Positions 16,518 to 25,897 of a DNA stretch of 58,649 nucleotides are shown piece after piece. A program made the translations under genes and the position numbers. Numbering within the stretch: the first letter of the stretch is position 1; every line of letters begins with the position of its first letter. The stretch is taken from the NCBI GenBank assembly GCA_015232535.1, contig JADFZM010000003.1, positions 1-58,649 on the forward strand. Reading direction: 5' to 3'. The notes under the pieces were generated by a model, which had not been told where the DNA came from, made no database searches, and saw only the letters and a program-made list of their open reading frames with translations. Source of the stretch: Candidatus Omnitrophota bacterium. GTDB taxonomy: Bacteria > Omnitrophota > Gorgyraeia > Zapsychrales > Zapsychraceae.

Positions 16518-16985
16518 ATGTTAATAGAAAAGGTCAATAAGGTGCTCCAGGGCAAGGAATTCATACCCGTTGCGACATCCAGCCCGGAGGGAAGGCCTAA
16601 TTCCGCCCCAAAGCTTTTTATCAAATCGAGCAAAGGATTCCTCTATTTCGCCGATTATGTGATCGGCAAGACATGGGAGAACCTTTCCGTAAATCCTTTT
16701 GTTTCGATTTCTTTCATGGATTTTGAGAATTTAACCGGATATCAGATCAAGGGTTCGGTAACCCTTCTTACTTCCGGTAATGAATTCGAGGCAATAAGAA
16801 AAGAACTTGCCGAAAAAGAATTATCGCTAACCTCTAAGCGCATAGTAGAAGGTGTCCGGCGCGGTAAAGCGCACGCCAATTTCGCAGCTTCTTTCCCCGA
16901 TAACGGAGTAGTCATTAAGGTAAAAGTCGAAGAAGCTGTTGAGATCACCCCCGAAGGAAAGCTTAAGAAAGAGAAATTATCGTAG
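16518..16985 (+). CDS. Pyridoxamine 5'-phosphate oxidase-like (split-barrel FMN-binding) family protein
   Basis: The size (155 aa) and the pattern PVATSSPEGRPNSAPK...FADY...NL..NP.VSISF are typical of the Pyridox_ox_2 family. This is a by-eye call only. Confidence 0.5.
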   Translation: MLIEKVNKVLQGKEFIPVATSSPEGRPNSAPKLFIKSSKGFLYFADYVIGKTWENLSVNPFVSISFMDFENLTGYQIKGSVTLLTSGNEFEAIRKELAEKELSLTSKRIVEGVRRGKAHANFAASFPDNGVVIKVKVEEAVEITPEGKLKKEKLS

Positions 16986-17059
16986 ATCGGACTAGCTGCC
17001 GCTTGTAATAAAATTCCAACCGATTGTTTCAAACCTTTAAAGAAAAATTAAAGAAATAC

Positions 17060-17071
17060 TTGACAAGTCAA
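17060..17071 (+). promoter_or_regulatory. Candidate MarR box / -35 region upstream of marR-like gene
   Basis: TTGACAAGTCAA (inverted TTGAC/GTCAA arms) lies 41 nt upstream of ATG 17113. A near-identical copy is at 17602..17613. Confidence 0.35.
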
Positions 17072-17112
17072 CAATTGCGTTGTAATCTTTAAATAGATCA
17101 AAGGAGAACGGA

Positions 17113-17583
17113 ATGGATTATTTAAAGGGGTTGGGAATAGAGGTAGGGAGGGGCAATTATTACGAGGAAGCAATATACGGCACTATCCTCCTTTATAACC
17201 GCATCAATAGCGAAATAGGAATTTATCTGGACCAGTTCGACCTTTCTCCGGCAAAATTTAATGTGCTTATGGTTATCAAGCACCGGGGCAGCGAAGAGGG
17301 GATAAGCCAGGTTGAGATTAGCAAAAGGCTTTTGGTTACAGCGTCGAATATGACCCGCCTGATCGATAAGCTGGAGGATGAGAAATTGATAGAAAGGTTC
17401 GCACAGGAGGGAGATAGAAGGGTGAATTTGATCCGTGTTACCCAACGGGCAGCAAAGCTTCTGGATGATATATGGCCGGGATATATAGAGAAGTTAAAAG
17501 ATCTGATGAAGGATATGAGCAAAGAAGACCAAATAGCCTTGTCCGGATTAAGTTTAAAATGGTTAAATACTTTGGTGGAATAA
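17113..17583 (+). CDS. MarR family transcriptional regulator
   Basis: The winged-HTH pattern is LSPAKFNVLMVIKHRG..GISQVEISKRLLVTASNMTRLIDKLEDEKLIERFAQEGDRRVNLIRVT. The RBS is AAGGAGA. Confidence 0.88.
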   Translation: MDYLKGLGIEVGRGNYYEEAIYGTILLYNRINSEIGIYLDQFDLSPAKFNVLMVIKHRGSEEGISQVEISKRLLVTASNMTRLIDKLEDEKLIERFAQEGDRRVNLIRVTQRAAKLLDDIWPGYIEKLKDLMKDMSKEDQIALSGLSLKWLNTLVE

Positions 17584-17601
17584 ATTTTTTTATACTAATA
17601 G

Positions 17602-17613
17602 TTGATAAGTCAA
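17602..17613 (+). promoter_or_regulatory. Second copy of the TTGAyAAGTCAA box, downstream of marR and upstream of the lipoprotein gene
   Basis: TTGATAAGTCAA matches 17060..17071 at 11 of 12 positions. Confidence 0.3.
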
Positions 17614-17809
17614 TGATTAATAGGTGAACCGTAGTGGAAAAGGAGGCTCACAATAAAAAGCTTCTTATATATGCTGGTTCTTATTGCTCTTTTTTTAACG
17701 TTAATATTTGATTTTGCAAAAAGCGTTGCTGGAATTATATACAGGCTGGAAGGCGGCATTGCCCTAAAAGATGCGGCTTTTTGGTTGATTTAAAAACAAA
17801 ATATGAAAG

Positions 17810-18532
17810 ATGAAAATGAAAAGATTTATTAAAATGATGTTGTTCTTCGCAGTGGCTTTTACTCTCGCAGGTTGTTATTCAACCGGGCTTTCATTAAGGG
17901 AAAAAGGAAGCTTCAATTATTCAAATTTTATCTATGGTTTATACAATAGAAATGATTCAAAGGCTGAAGCTATAAAGAAGGTTAAAACTCCGATAAAATT
18001 GGCAGTAGCGCAGGTGGGCGAGAATACCCCGCCGGATATCATGGTAAAGATGCTGGAGAAAGAGGGCTATCTTGTTTCCGAGGTTATGGCCCTGCCGGCA
18101 GGAGGGAATGATATAGATTATTACAATAATGAAAGAAAATCAGGCTCCCAGGAGATCGAGAACAGGATGGATAAAATGCGGCGATTGGCCAAGGATTTGG
18201 GCACCGATTACATTTTTCTCTTCGGCGGTTCATCTGATATAGGGACTTCTTCAAACTGGCTTGGGTTTTTTGATATCACGATTGTCGGAGCTTTTGTAAT
18301 CCCCAGCCAGAAAATAACAGCCGAGGGGCGGGCGGCAGGGGCGCTTGTGGAAGTTGAAAGCGGTAAAGTAGTCCTTACCGTAAATTCCGAAGACAGCAAA
18401 ACCGCTTACGCGTCATCGGCTAATTTATCCGGCCAGCATGATGCGGTTTTGATATCGATGAGGAATGACTTAGTGGATCGTTTAAGCAAAGAGTTGATAA
18501 AAAAGCTCAGTTTTTACAGCGGGGATATTTAA
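17810..18532 (+). CDS. Putative lipoprotein, unknown function
   Basis: MKMKRFIKMMLFFAVAFTLAGC has a lipobox (L-A-G-C). I recognise no catalytic motif. Confidence 0.7.
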   Translation: MKMKRFIKMMLFFAVAFTLAGCYSTGLSLREKGSFNYSNFIYGLYNRNDSKAEAIKKVKTPIKLAVAQVGENTPPDIMVKMLEKEGYLVSEVMALPAGGNDIDYYNNERKSGSQEIENRMDKMRRLAKDLGTDYIFLFGGSSDIGTSSNWLGFFDITIVGAFVIPSQKITAEGRAAGALVEVESGKVVLTVNSEDSKTAYASSANLSGQHDAVLISMRNDLVDRLSKELIKKLSFYSGDI

Positions 18533-18824
18533 AATGAAGAAGTTTCCTTATTTAAATTGAACGTCAATGCTGATATTATGTTCAAAGGCCGAGAGTGAGG
18601 AATTAAAATACATGAATACAAATGGCGACCCGTTTTTTGCAAAAGAGGCTCAAAAGAGGCTTGAAGAATTTAATGATTCTCGTGGTATTAAAAGTTGTCA
18701 AAAAGCTTTACTTGAGTTCAGGCATAATTAAGAGGTTGGTATCAAGCAGTCAAAACAGTAAGATCATAGGAAAAAGCATTTTTAATTAGGTAATGATAAA
18801 AAAATTACTAAAAAGGAGGGAACT

Positions 18825-19286
18825 ATGTTAGCTAAAAAATTCGCATTGGGGTTTGGCATAGCGGTTCTTTTACCGATGGTGGTCCATTACGGGGTTAGCA
18901 CTTTTAACCCGGCACCCAAATGGAGAAATTATTACCAATATGAATATTACAACAATTACGAGGAAGAAAAGAACGCGTCTCCGGAGGAGAAGGCTAAAAA
19001 GCAGGCGGAAATACAAAAGAAAGACGAGGATTATAGAAAGGCTCAGAACTCTTTCGGAAAAAGCCTATTTCTTGTCGCGATCCCCGTAGGATTGGCGGCG
19101 ATTATCTTCGGCTCGCTTACCGCGGTGCAGGCTATCGGAACCGGGCTTATGTTTGGAGGGATTTTCACGATAATCGACGGTTATTGCTGGTATTGGTCGG
19201 AATTACAGGATTGGATGCGGTTTGTTTCTTTGCTTGTTGCTTTTATTGTGCTGATTTATATCGGCTACCGAAAAATGGCAAAGTAA
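18825..19286 (+). CDS. Hypothetical membrane protein (about 4 TM segments with a Tyr/Glu/Lys-rich loop)
   Basis: A strong RBS (AAAGGAGGG) sits 5 nt before the ATG. The protein has hydrophobic segments and a charged loop, NYYQYEYYNNYEEEKNASPEEKAKKQAEIQKKDEDYRK. Confidence 0.65.
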   Translation: MLAKKFALGFGIAVLLPMVVHYGVSTFNPAPKWRNYYQYEYYNNYEEEKNASPEEKAKKQAEIQKKDEDYRKAQNSFGKSLFLVAIPVGLAAIIFGSLTAVQAIGTGLMFGGIFTIIDGYCWYWSELQDWMRFVSLLVAFIVLIYIGYRKMAK

Positions 19287-19338
19287 AAAGACGGTGTGTT
19301 TTTCATAATCGAAGCTACTATTCTGAGGGGAGGGTTAG

Positions 19339-22300
19339 ATGGATAAAACCTGCAAATCAAAGCCTTTTAAGGCGCTAATGGTCTCGCAATTCTCAAGCGC
19401 TTTCAATGACAACTGCTTTAAGATCATCATTTCACTTTTAGCGATTAAAACCCTCTCCTCAGAGGAGTCTGCGGCAAAATTTGTAAGCTTTATCGGTTTT
19501 CTTTTCATTGCGCCTTTTATGATCATTTCCCCTTATGCGGGGATTCTCGCCGATCGGTTTTCAAAGCGTTCGATAATTATTGTTATGGAGGGGGTAAAAG
19601 TTTTTAACATGCTCCTCGCCTCTTTCGCTTTTTTAAGCGGGAACTTATGGCTTTTATCCGGGGTATTGTTCCTTTTGGTCCTTGAGAGCGCTCTGTTCAG
19701 CCCGGCGAAATACGGCATTTTGCCGGAGATATTAAAGGAAGAAGAACTCTCCCGCGGGAACGGTTTTATACAGATGTGGACTTTTGTAGCGGTCATTTCC
19801 GGCATTGTTTTAGGCGGAAAATGTTTTGATTTATTATCGGGTAGGTTAGTCTTCGCCGGAATGATAATGCTCGTTGTGGCCCTAGCCGGATTTTCGGCCA
19901 GTTTTTTGATTAAGACCGATTATGCCCCGGAAGGGAAAAAAAGTTTTAATGTCAATTTTGTAGCTGAGGCAATGGAATCATTTTCTGAAGTTAAAAAGGA
20001 CAAAGGTTTATTTCTGACAATGCTGGGATTGGCCTATTTTTCTTTTTTAAGCGCGGTTTTTCAAATGAATATTTTAATTTACGGCTCGCATGTCCTTTCG
20101 CTCCCGCAGTCGAAAAACAGCCTGCTTTTGGCTTTTGTTTTATGCGGAATTGCCGTAGGAGGAGTATTAGCCGGGAAATTATCCGATAAAAAGGTTGAAT
20201 TGGGGTTGGTCCCGGTAGGTGCTTTGGGGATGTGTTATTTTTGCTCAGTTTTGGGAATTTATCCGGGAAATTTCTTTAATACTTCTATTTTTCTTTCTTT
20301 GCTGGGGATTAGTGCCGGGTTTTATACCGTTCCCTTGAATGCTTTTTACCAGCGCTATAGCCCTTTGGAGAAAAGAGGGAAATTCCTTGCCGCGTCGAAT
20401 ATTTTTGGTTCGATTGCGACTCTCATCGCCTCGATTTTTATATGGTTTTTCGCCGGAAAGCTTAAGGTTAATGCCGCCGCGATATTTACCATTATAGGAT
20501 TAGTGTCAGTTTTCACGACAGCCTATATAGTCTCGAAGCTGCCGGATGCATTAATCCGACTGCTTAATTTATTGATTGCCCATTCGATTTACAAATTAAA
20601 AGTGGTCGGAAGCGAGAATATCCCCGATAAAGGCGGGGCGCTTATTGTCGCCAACCACATCTCTTTTGTAGACGGAGTATTGATACAGGCCTGCCTTAAG
20701 CGGCCGGTGCGCTTTATCATAAATAAAGACATGTATGAACTTCCCTGTTTAAAGCCGATTTGCCGGGCCATGCGCGCCATTTCTATTGACCAGAAAAGCG
20801 GGCCGAAAGCGATACTTAAGGTTTTGCACGAGGCGCGCGATGCCGTAAATCAGGGTGATTTGGTTTGTATTTTCCCTGAAGGCCATTTAAGCCGCACCGG
20901 CAACATGCTTCCCTTCTATAAGGGTTTTGAGGTGATCATGAAGGATTTAACCGCTCCGATAATCCCGCTTTACCTGGATAATGTCTGGGGAAGCATTTTC
21001 AGTTACGCCGACGGAAAATATTTCTGGAAATTCCCTAAATCGACCCGCTATCCTGTTTCTTTGGTTTTCGGAAAACAGCTTTCTTCCGGAGCAAAGGCTT
21101 ATCAGATCCGGACTTCCGTTCAGGAGCTGGGGGCGGAAGCAAATATGCTGCGCGGGCTTTACCGGCAGAAACTGCATTTGTCTTTTATCAATGAAGTTAA
21201 GCGCCATACTTTTTGTTTCTGCATGGCGGATTCGAGCGGTTTAAAATTACGATATTTCGAAGTGTTGGCAGCCGCGCTTTCTTTCTCCCGCACATTATTC
21301 CCTCCTTACCGCCGGCCGAAGGAGACAAATGAAATGGTCGGGGTGCTTTTGCCCTCGTCTTGTATTGCGGCAATCGCGAATTTATCGGTCTGTTATGCCG
21401 GTAAAGTCCCGGTAAACCTGAACTTCACTTTATCGGCGGAGGCGTTTAGCTCTTGCGTTAAACAGTGCAATATGAAAACGATTATTACTTCTCGTATTTT
21501 TATTGGGAAAATAGGCATGTCTGAAGCTCCGGGCATGGTTTTTGTCGAGGACATCAAGGATAAAATATCAAGATTGCGCCAGATATTCTTAGCTGTATGC
21601 TCGGTCATTCTTCCGGGTTATCTGCTTCGTCTTATTTTCGTCGAGGGCGATAAAAAGAACGTTGATGATGTCGCGACCGTTATTTTCTCGAGCGGCTCAA
21701 CGGGAGAGCCCAAAGGCGTTATGCTGACGCACGCTAATATCTTCTCGAACATCGAAAGCTTTTATCAGGTATTTGATATGCGGCATAATGATATTGTTAT
21801 GGCGGCTTTGCCTTTTTTCCATTCTTTCGGTTTTACCGCGACTTTGTGCTTTCCGATAGGGACCGGCTTAGGGGTTGTTTATCATGCAAACCCCGTCGAC
21901 GCTTCGACTATCGGGAAGCTTGTGATGAAATATAGGGCGACAATGATAATGGGTACCCCGACTTTCATCTCCAGCTATTTACGCAAATGCACCCCTGAGC
22001 AGTTCGCGTCGCTTCGACGGGCGGTGGTCGGCGCGGAGAAGCTCAAAGAACCCCTAGCCCGTGCGTTTTACGAAAAATTCAAGGTAATGCCTTTCGAGGG
22101 CTATGGAGCGACAGAGCTTTCTCCTATTGTTACCGTCGGGTTTCCCGATTATTATAACGAAGAAACAAAGGAAAGGCAACTGGGGCATAAGATCGGCAAA
22201 GTCGGGCATCCTATTCCGGGGGTGGCGGTCAAGGTTGTTGACCCCGAGACCTTTGAGGTAAAAGGATATGATGAGGAAGGCCTGCTTATGGTCAAAGGCG

Positions 22301-22785
22301 CTAACGTTATGAAGGGTTATTTGAATAATCCGTCTAAGACAGCCGAGGTGATAAAAGAAGGATGGTACATAACCGGCGATATCGCTACTATCGACCCCGA
22401 CGGGTTTGTCAAGATAACGGACCGCTTAAGCCGTTTCAGTAAGATCGGAGGGGAAATGGTCCCGCATATCAAGATAGAGGAAAATATCATGGAGGTTGTA
22501 GGTTGCGTTGAACCGGTAATCGCCGTAACTTCCGTTCCCGATGAAAGAAAAGGCGAGCGGCTGGCCGTTCTTCATTCTATTGATATCGATGCCGAGGAGA
22601 TTGTTAAGGCGCTTGCTCAAAAGGGTTTGCCTAATCTCTGGATACCGAAAAAAGAAAGCTTTTTCCGCGTTGAAGCGATCCCGCTTCTGGGCACGGGGAA
22701 GTCCGATCTAAAGAAGATAAAAAGCCTTGCGGATGAACTTTCGGTAAAAATCCCGGCCGCTTCATCCGAGGAGGGGCAGCCATGA
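19339..22785 (+). CDS. aas: Triple fusion: MFS lysophospholipid transporter (LplT-like) + PlsC-type acyltransferase + acyl-ACP synthetase / AMP-dependent ligase (Aas-like)
   Basis: The N-terminal ~400 aa is a polytopic MFS domain (GILADRFSKR). The acyltransferase motifs are VANHISFVDG (HX4D) and FPEGHLSRTG. The adenylation motifs are IFSSGSTGEPKGVMLTH, GYGATE, TGD and the terminal GKSD. Confidence 0.88.
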   Translation: MDKTCKSKPFKALMVSQFSSAFNDNCFKIIISLLAIKTLSSEESAAKFVSFIGFLFIAPFMIISPYAGILADRFSKRSIIIVMEGVKVFNMLLASFAFLSGNLWLLSGVLFLLVLESALFSPAKYGILPEILKEEELSRGNGFIQMWTFVAVISGIVLGGKCFDLLSGRLVFAGMIMLVVALAGFSASFLIKTDYAPEGKKSFNVNFVAEAMESFSEVKKDKGLFLTMLGLAYFSFLSAVFQMNILIYGSHVLSLPQSKNSLLLAFVLCGIAVGGVLAGKLSDKKVELGLVPVGALGMCYFCSVLGIYPGNFFNTSIFLSLLGISAGFYTVPLNAFYQRYSPLEKRGKFLAASNIFGSIATLIASIFIWFFAGKLKVNAAAIFTIIGLVSVFTTAYIVSKLPDALIRLLNLLIAHSIYKLKVVGSENIPDKGGALIVANHISFVDGVLIQACLKRPVRFIINKDMYELPCLKPICRAMRAISIDQKSGPKAILKVLHEARDAVNQGDLVCIFPEGHLSRTGNMLPFYKGFEVIMKDLTAPIIPLYLDNVWGSIFSYADGKYFWKFPKSTRYPVSLVFGKQLSSGAKAYQIRTSVQELGAEANMLRGLYRQKLHLSFINEVKRHTFCFCMADSSGLKLRYFEVLAAALSFSRTLFPPYRRPKETNEMVGVLLPSSCIAAIANLSVCYAGKVPVNLNFTLSAEAFSSCVKQCNMKTIITSRIFIGKIGMSEAPGMVFVEDIKDKISRLRQIFLAVCSVILPGYLLRLIFVEGDKKNVDDVATVIFSSGSTGEPKGVMLTHANIFSNIESFYQVFDMRHNDIVMAALPFFHSFGFTATLCFPIGTGLGVVYHANPVDASTIGKLVMKYRATMIMGTPTFISSYLRKCTPEQFASLRRAVVGAEKLKEPLARAFYEKFKVMPFEGYGATELSPIVTVGFPDYYNEETKERQLGHKIGKVGHPIPGVAVKVVDPETFEVKGYDEEGLLMVKGANVMKGYLNNPSKTAEVIKEGWYITGDIATIDPDGFVKITDRLSRFSKIGGEMVPHIKIEENIMEVVGCVEPVIAVTSVPDERKGERLAVLHSIDIDAEEIVKALAQKGLPNLWIPKKESFFRVEAIPLLGTGKSDLKKIKSLADELSVKIPAASSEEGQP

Positions 22786-23561
22786 TAAGTTTTGCCTTAG
22801 TCACCGGATTCCTGCTGACCGCCGATAATCAGAAAATATTTTACAACCATTATAAGTCCGGCCATGATAAAGTCATTATTATCGCCCACGGATTCTTTAA
22901 CAATAAAGATACTTTGCTCTTTAAAGAGCTCTCGGAGGGAATAGCCCGTGATTATGATGTTATCACCTTTGATTTTCGCGGGCACGGGAAAAGCAGCGGG
23001 CTTTTCGCCTGGACCACCCGAGAAGAAAATGACTTAACCCGTGTGATTCAATACGCTAAAGAAGAAAATTATAAAAAGATCGGAGTTATCGGTTTTTCTT
23101 TAGGAGCCGCGGTGTCGCTTATAAACGCCGGGAAAGAGAAAAACATTGACTCGCTGATTTCGGTAAGCGCTCCGACTGATTTCTGGAAGATAAATTATCA
23201 TTTCTGGGAACCGGACATGATAAAGGATTTGCGGCTGAATATAGGGAAGAAGGGAATCGGCAAAGGAGTGCGCCCGGGAAATCCTTTCCGCAAGAAAATC
23301 CGGCCTATTGATATTGTTTCTAAAATTTCTCCTCTTCCGGTTTTGTTTATTCACGGTAAAAAAGACTGGCTTATTAAGCCGCAGCATAGCGAAGAGCTTT
23401 ATGAAAAAGCAAAAAGGCCGCGCAAGCTTATTCTGCTCGCCTCCGCCGGGCATGCGGAGAGGATATTCGACGAATATCCGGATGAATTCTTGCGCCTCTG
23501 CCGTGACTGGTTTCAAAAAACATTCAAAAAAGATATGGAGGGCTTATGCGAGAAGCAATGA
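22782..23561 (+). CDS. Alpha/beta hydrolase (possible lysophospholipase/esterase)
   Basis: The motifs are IIIAHGFFNNKD, GHGKSSG, the nucleophile elbow GVIGFSLGAA (GxSxG), and a distal GHAE. An ATGA overlap links it to the upstream gene. Confidence 0.8.
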   Translation: MISFALVTGFLLTADNQKIFYNHYKSGHDKVIIIAHGFFNNKDTLLFKELSEGIARDYDVITFDFRGHGKSSGLFAWTTREENDLTRVIQYAKEENYKKIGVIGFSLGAAVSLINAGKEKNIDSLISVSAPTDFWKINYHFWEPDMIKDLRLNIGKKGIGKGVRPGNPFRKKIRPIDIVSKISPLPVLFIHGKKDWLIKPQHSEELYEKAKRPRKLILLASAGHAERIFDEYPDEFLRLCRDWFQKTFKKDMEGLCEKQ

Positions 23562-24304
23562 TAACGATTGCGCAGTTAGTATTTACTTTATTTTTATACG
23601 CTTTAGGGATTATTTTGATCGGGACCGCGGCTTTCCCGGGGGCGCTACTCATAAAACATGCTTGGATGATGAGTTTTCAGTCCGATCCTTTATTGCGAAT
23701 ATTCATTATATGCTTGTCTGGCGCGGCAGCTTATTTCATTTATGGAATAACTTTGATCGCGCTGGTTACTTTTATTAAGGTTTTACTTGGTTTATCCCTT
23801 AAAGAGGGTGAATATAAAATCCCTTCTTGGGGGGCGGCAAAATGGGCCTTGACCAATTCGCTGGTTCTGGTTGTTGCGGTGACTTTCATGGATTTTATCC
23901 TCTTGACTCCGCTGGCTCCGCTATTTTTCCGATTGATGGGGGCAAAGGTGGGTAAAAACGTACAGATAAATTCGAAGAATTGCGCCGATCTTTCTTTACT
24001 GGAGATCGGAGACGGGGCGGTTATAGGCGGGCACGCGACGGTTATCGCTCATTCGGTTGAAAGGGGAAGGATTGTCTTGCGCAAGGTGCGCATCGGCCCG
24101 AATGTTGTTGTCGGGTTAAATTCGGTGGTCCTTCCGGGGTCGGATTTGGGAAGGCGCTCGATGCTTGCGGCCGGAACAGTCTTGCAGAAAGACTCTCAGG
24201 TAGGCGAGCGGGAAGTTTATTTCGGAGTTCCGGCGCAGTCGGTCAAAGAAAGGCGCGAAAAAGAGGAGCTTTTGAAGAAGCTAGAGAATATAAAAGATTC
24301 TTGA
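23546..24304 (+). CDS. Membrane-anchored hexapeptide-repeat (left-handed beta-helix) transferase-like protein
   Basis: About 130 aa with 3-4 TM segments are followed by imperfect hexapeptide repeats, GAKVGKNVQINSKNCADLSLLEIGDGAVIGGHATVIAHSVERGRIVLRKVRIGPNVVVGLNSVVLPGSDLGRRSMLAAGTVL. Confidence 0.65.
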   Translation: MREAMITIAQLVFTLFLYALGIILIGTAAFPGALLIKHAWMMSFQSDPLLRIFIICLSGAAAYFIYGITLIALVTFIKVLLGLSLKEGEYKIPSWGAAKWALTNSLVLVVAVTFMDFILLTPLAPLFFRLMGAKVGKNVQINSKNCADLSLLEIGDGAVIGGHATVIAHSVERGRIVLRKVRIGPNVVVGLNSVVLPGSDLGRRSMLAAGTVLQKDSQVGEREVYFGVPAQSVKERREKEELLKKLENIKDS

Positions 24305-24344
24305 AAACTCGGACTGCTTTAAACACTTTTGCAGGAGGAATCTC

Positions 24345-24956
24345 ATGGCATCTGTTTATGACCTGAAACCGAAATTCCAAAACTTCTTACGCCCTCTTGT
24401 TTTTTTGTTACACAAATCAAATATTACCCCAAACCAGATTACCGTTTTTGCTCTCTTGGGATCTTGCGTTGTTGGTTTTATCGGGTTTTTTACGAATTGC
24501 AATCCTATATGGCTTATCTTGCTTCCTTCATGGCTTTTTATTCGAATGGCAATGAATGCTATAGACGGTATGTTGGCCCGTGAATATAACCTTAAATCGG
24601 TAGAAGGGGCAATGTTAAATGAATTGGGTGATGTGTTATCAGATATAATGCTTTATCTTCCTTTTTGCAGTGTTGGAAAAGGTGTGTTCTGGCCGGTAAT
24701 ATGTTTTGTTATGGGGTCTATCCTGACTGAGTTCTGCGGGTTGTTGGGTCAAGCCTTAGGAGGTAAACGTCGTTATGAAGGCCCGATGGGAAAAAGTGAC
24801 CGGGCTTTTGCGGTAGGGAGTATTTCTCTAATATCTTTCTTTCTCCCAAATGTTATTATTTATTGGCAATGGTTATTCGTTATTGCTTTTTTATTAACAT
24901 TATTGACCTGCGCGAATCGTTTAGCCTTTGCGGTAAAGGAGCTAAAGAATGAATAA
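24345..24956 (+). CDS. CDP-alcohol phosphatidyltransferase family protein
   Basis: NAIDGMLAREYNLKSVEGAMLNELGDVLSD fits D-G-x2-A-R-x8-G-x3-D-x3-D. It is a polytopic membrane protein. Confidence 0.85.
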   Translation: MASVYDLKPKFQNFLRPLVFLLHKSNITPNQITVFALLGSCVVGFIGFFTNCNPIWLILLPSWLFIRMAMNAIDGMLAREYNLKSVEGAMLNELGDVLSDIMLYLPFCSVGKGVFWPVICFVMGSILTEFCGLLGQALGGKRRYEGPMGKSDRAFAVGSISLISFFLPNVIIYWQWLFVIAFLLTLLTCANRLAFAVKELKNE

Positions 24957-25896
24957 TTTATTACTTTTTGCAACCTCTTCTCCGGTTAGGCAAGCGGCGA
25001 TGTTTATTTTATTACTTCTAACTTTTTCCTCTTTTTTAGTTTGGCTTCTGACAAAAATCCTTCCTCAAACCGACTGGAAGGAATTGACTCTGCGCGTACG
25101 TTCTTGGTGGATAATGGCAACGGTGTTTTTGGTAGCTGTTACCGTAAATCGTACTTTGACCCTATTGTTTTTCGCTCTAATGAGTTTCTGGGTGTTAAAA
25201 GAATATATAACAATTTTGGATACCAGAAGGGCAGATCATCGTGCTTTGTTTTGGGCGTTTCTTGTTATTCCGATCCATTATTATTTCATATCTATAAATT
25301 GGTACTTGATGTTCCTTATATTTATTCCGGTTTATGTCTTCCTTTTTCTTCCTTTAAGATTAGTTTTAACTGAAAAGACCGAGGGGTTCTTGTCTTCGGC
25401 AGCAAAAATCCAATGGGGATTAATGGCTTTTGTGTTTGGGTTAAGCCACATGGCCTATTTATCAATTATGCCGAGAATTGGAGGTTTACCCTCGAGTGGG
25501 CAGACGCTGCTTATTTTCTTGGTTATTGTTACGGAAATGAACGATGTTTTTCAGTATCTCTGGGGAAAGTCTTTGGGCCGGCACAAGATCCTTCCTTTGG
25601 TCAGCCCGAAGAAGACCTCGGAGGGCTTCTGGGGAGGGATTATTACAACAAGTGTCCTTAGCCTTTTCTTGCGATTTCTTACTCCTTTCGGAGTATTCGA
25701 AACTATATTTTTTGCGTTTTGTATAGCAGTAGCCGGGTTTTTTGGAGATGTTGTTATGTCGGCGGTAAAAAGGGATGCCGGGATAAAAGATTTTAGCAAT
25801 ATAATTCCCGGGCATGGGGGTGCCCTTGATAGGGTAGACTCCTTATGTTACACCGCCCCGATATTTTTTCATTTGATGGCATATTTTTACTATTGA
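24949..25896 (+). CDS. cdsA: Phosphatidate cytidylyltransferase (CDP-diglyceride synthase)
   Basis: SPKKTSEGFWGG and GDVVMSAVKRDAGIKDFSNIIPGHGGALDRVDS form the CdsA signature. It overlaps the upstream gene by 8 nt. Confidence 0.9.
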   Translation: MNNLLLFATSSPVRQAAMFILLLLTFSSFLVWLLTKILPQTDWKELTLRVRSWWIMATVFLVAVTVNRTLTLLFFALMSFWVLKEYITILDTRRADHRALFWAFLVIPIHYYFISINWYLMFLIFIPVYVFLFLPLRLVLTEKTEGFLSSAAKIQWGLMAFVFGLSHMAYLSIMPRIGGLPSSGQTLLIFLVIVTEMNDVFQYLWGKSLGRHKILPLVSPKKTSEGFWGGIITTSVLSLFLRFLTPFGVFETIFFAFCIAVAGFFGDVVMSAVKRDAGIKDFSNIIPGHGGALDRVDSLCYTAPIFFHLMAYFYY

Positions 25897-25897
25897 G

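Noticed and set aside
17671-17793. A 40-aa hydrophobic small ORF (MLVLIALFLTLIFDFAKSVAGIIYRLEGGIALKDAAFWLI), and a 39-aa ORF at 18612..18731 (MNTNGDPFFAKEAQKRLEEFNDSRGIKSCQKALLEFRHN).
   Set aside because: For the first ORF, the nearest AGGAGG is about 25 nt upstream, so neither ORF has an RBS at proper spacing. Neither has recognisable motifs, and both are too short to support without conservation or expression data.
25041-25726. Alternative-frame + strand ORFs inside cdsA (25041..25373, 25413..25661, 25544..25726), and similar cases at 23308..23778, 19184..19378, 39559..39831, 42607..42795, 46467..46703, 20981..21244 and 2501..2686.
   Set aside because: They overlap well-supported genes in another frame and have no motifs. 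The annotated frame carries the family signatures.
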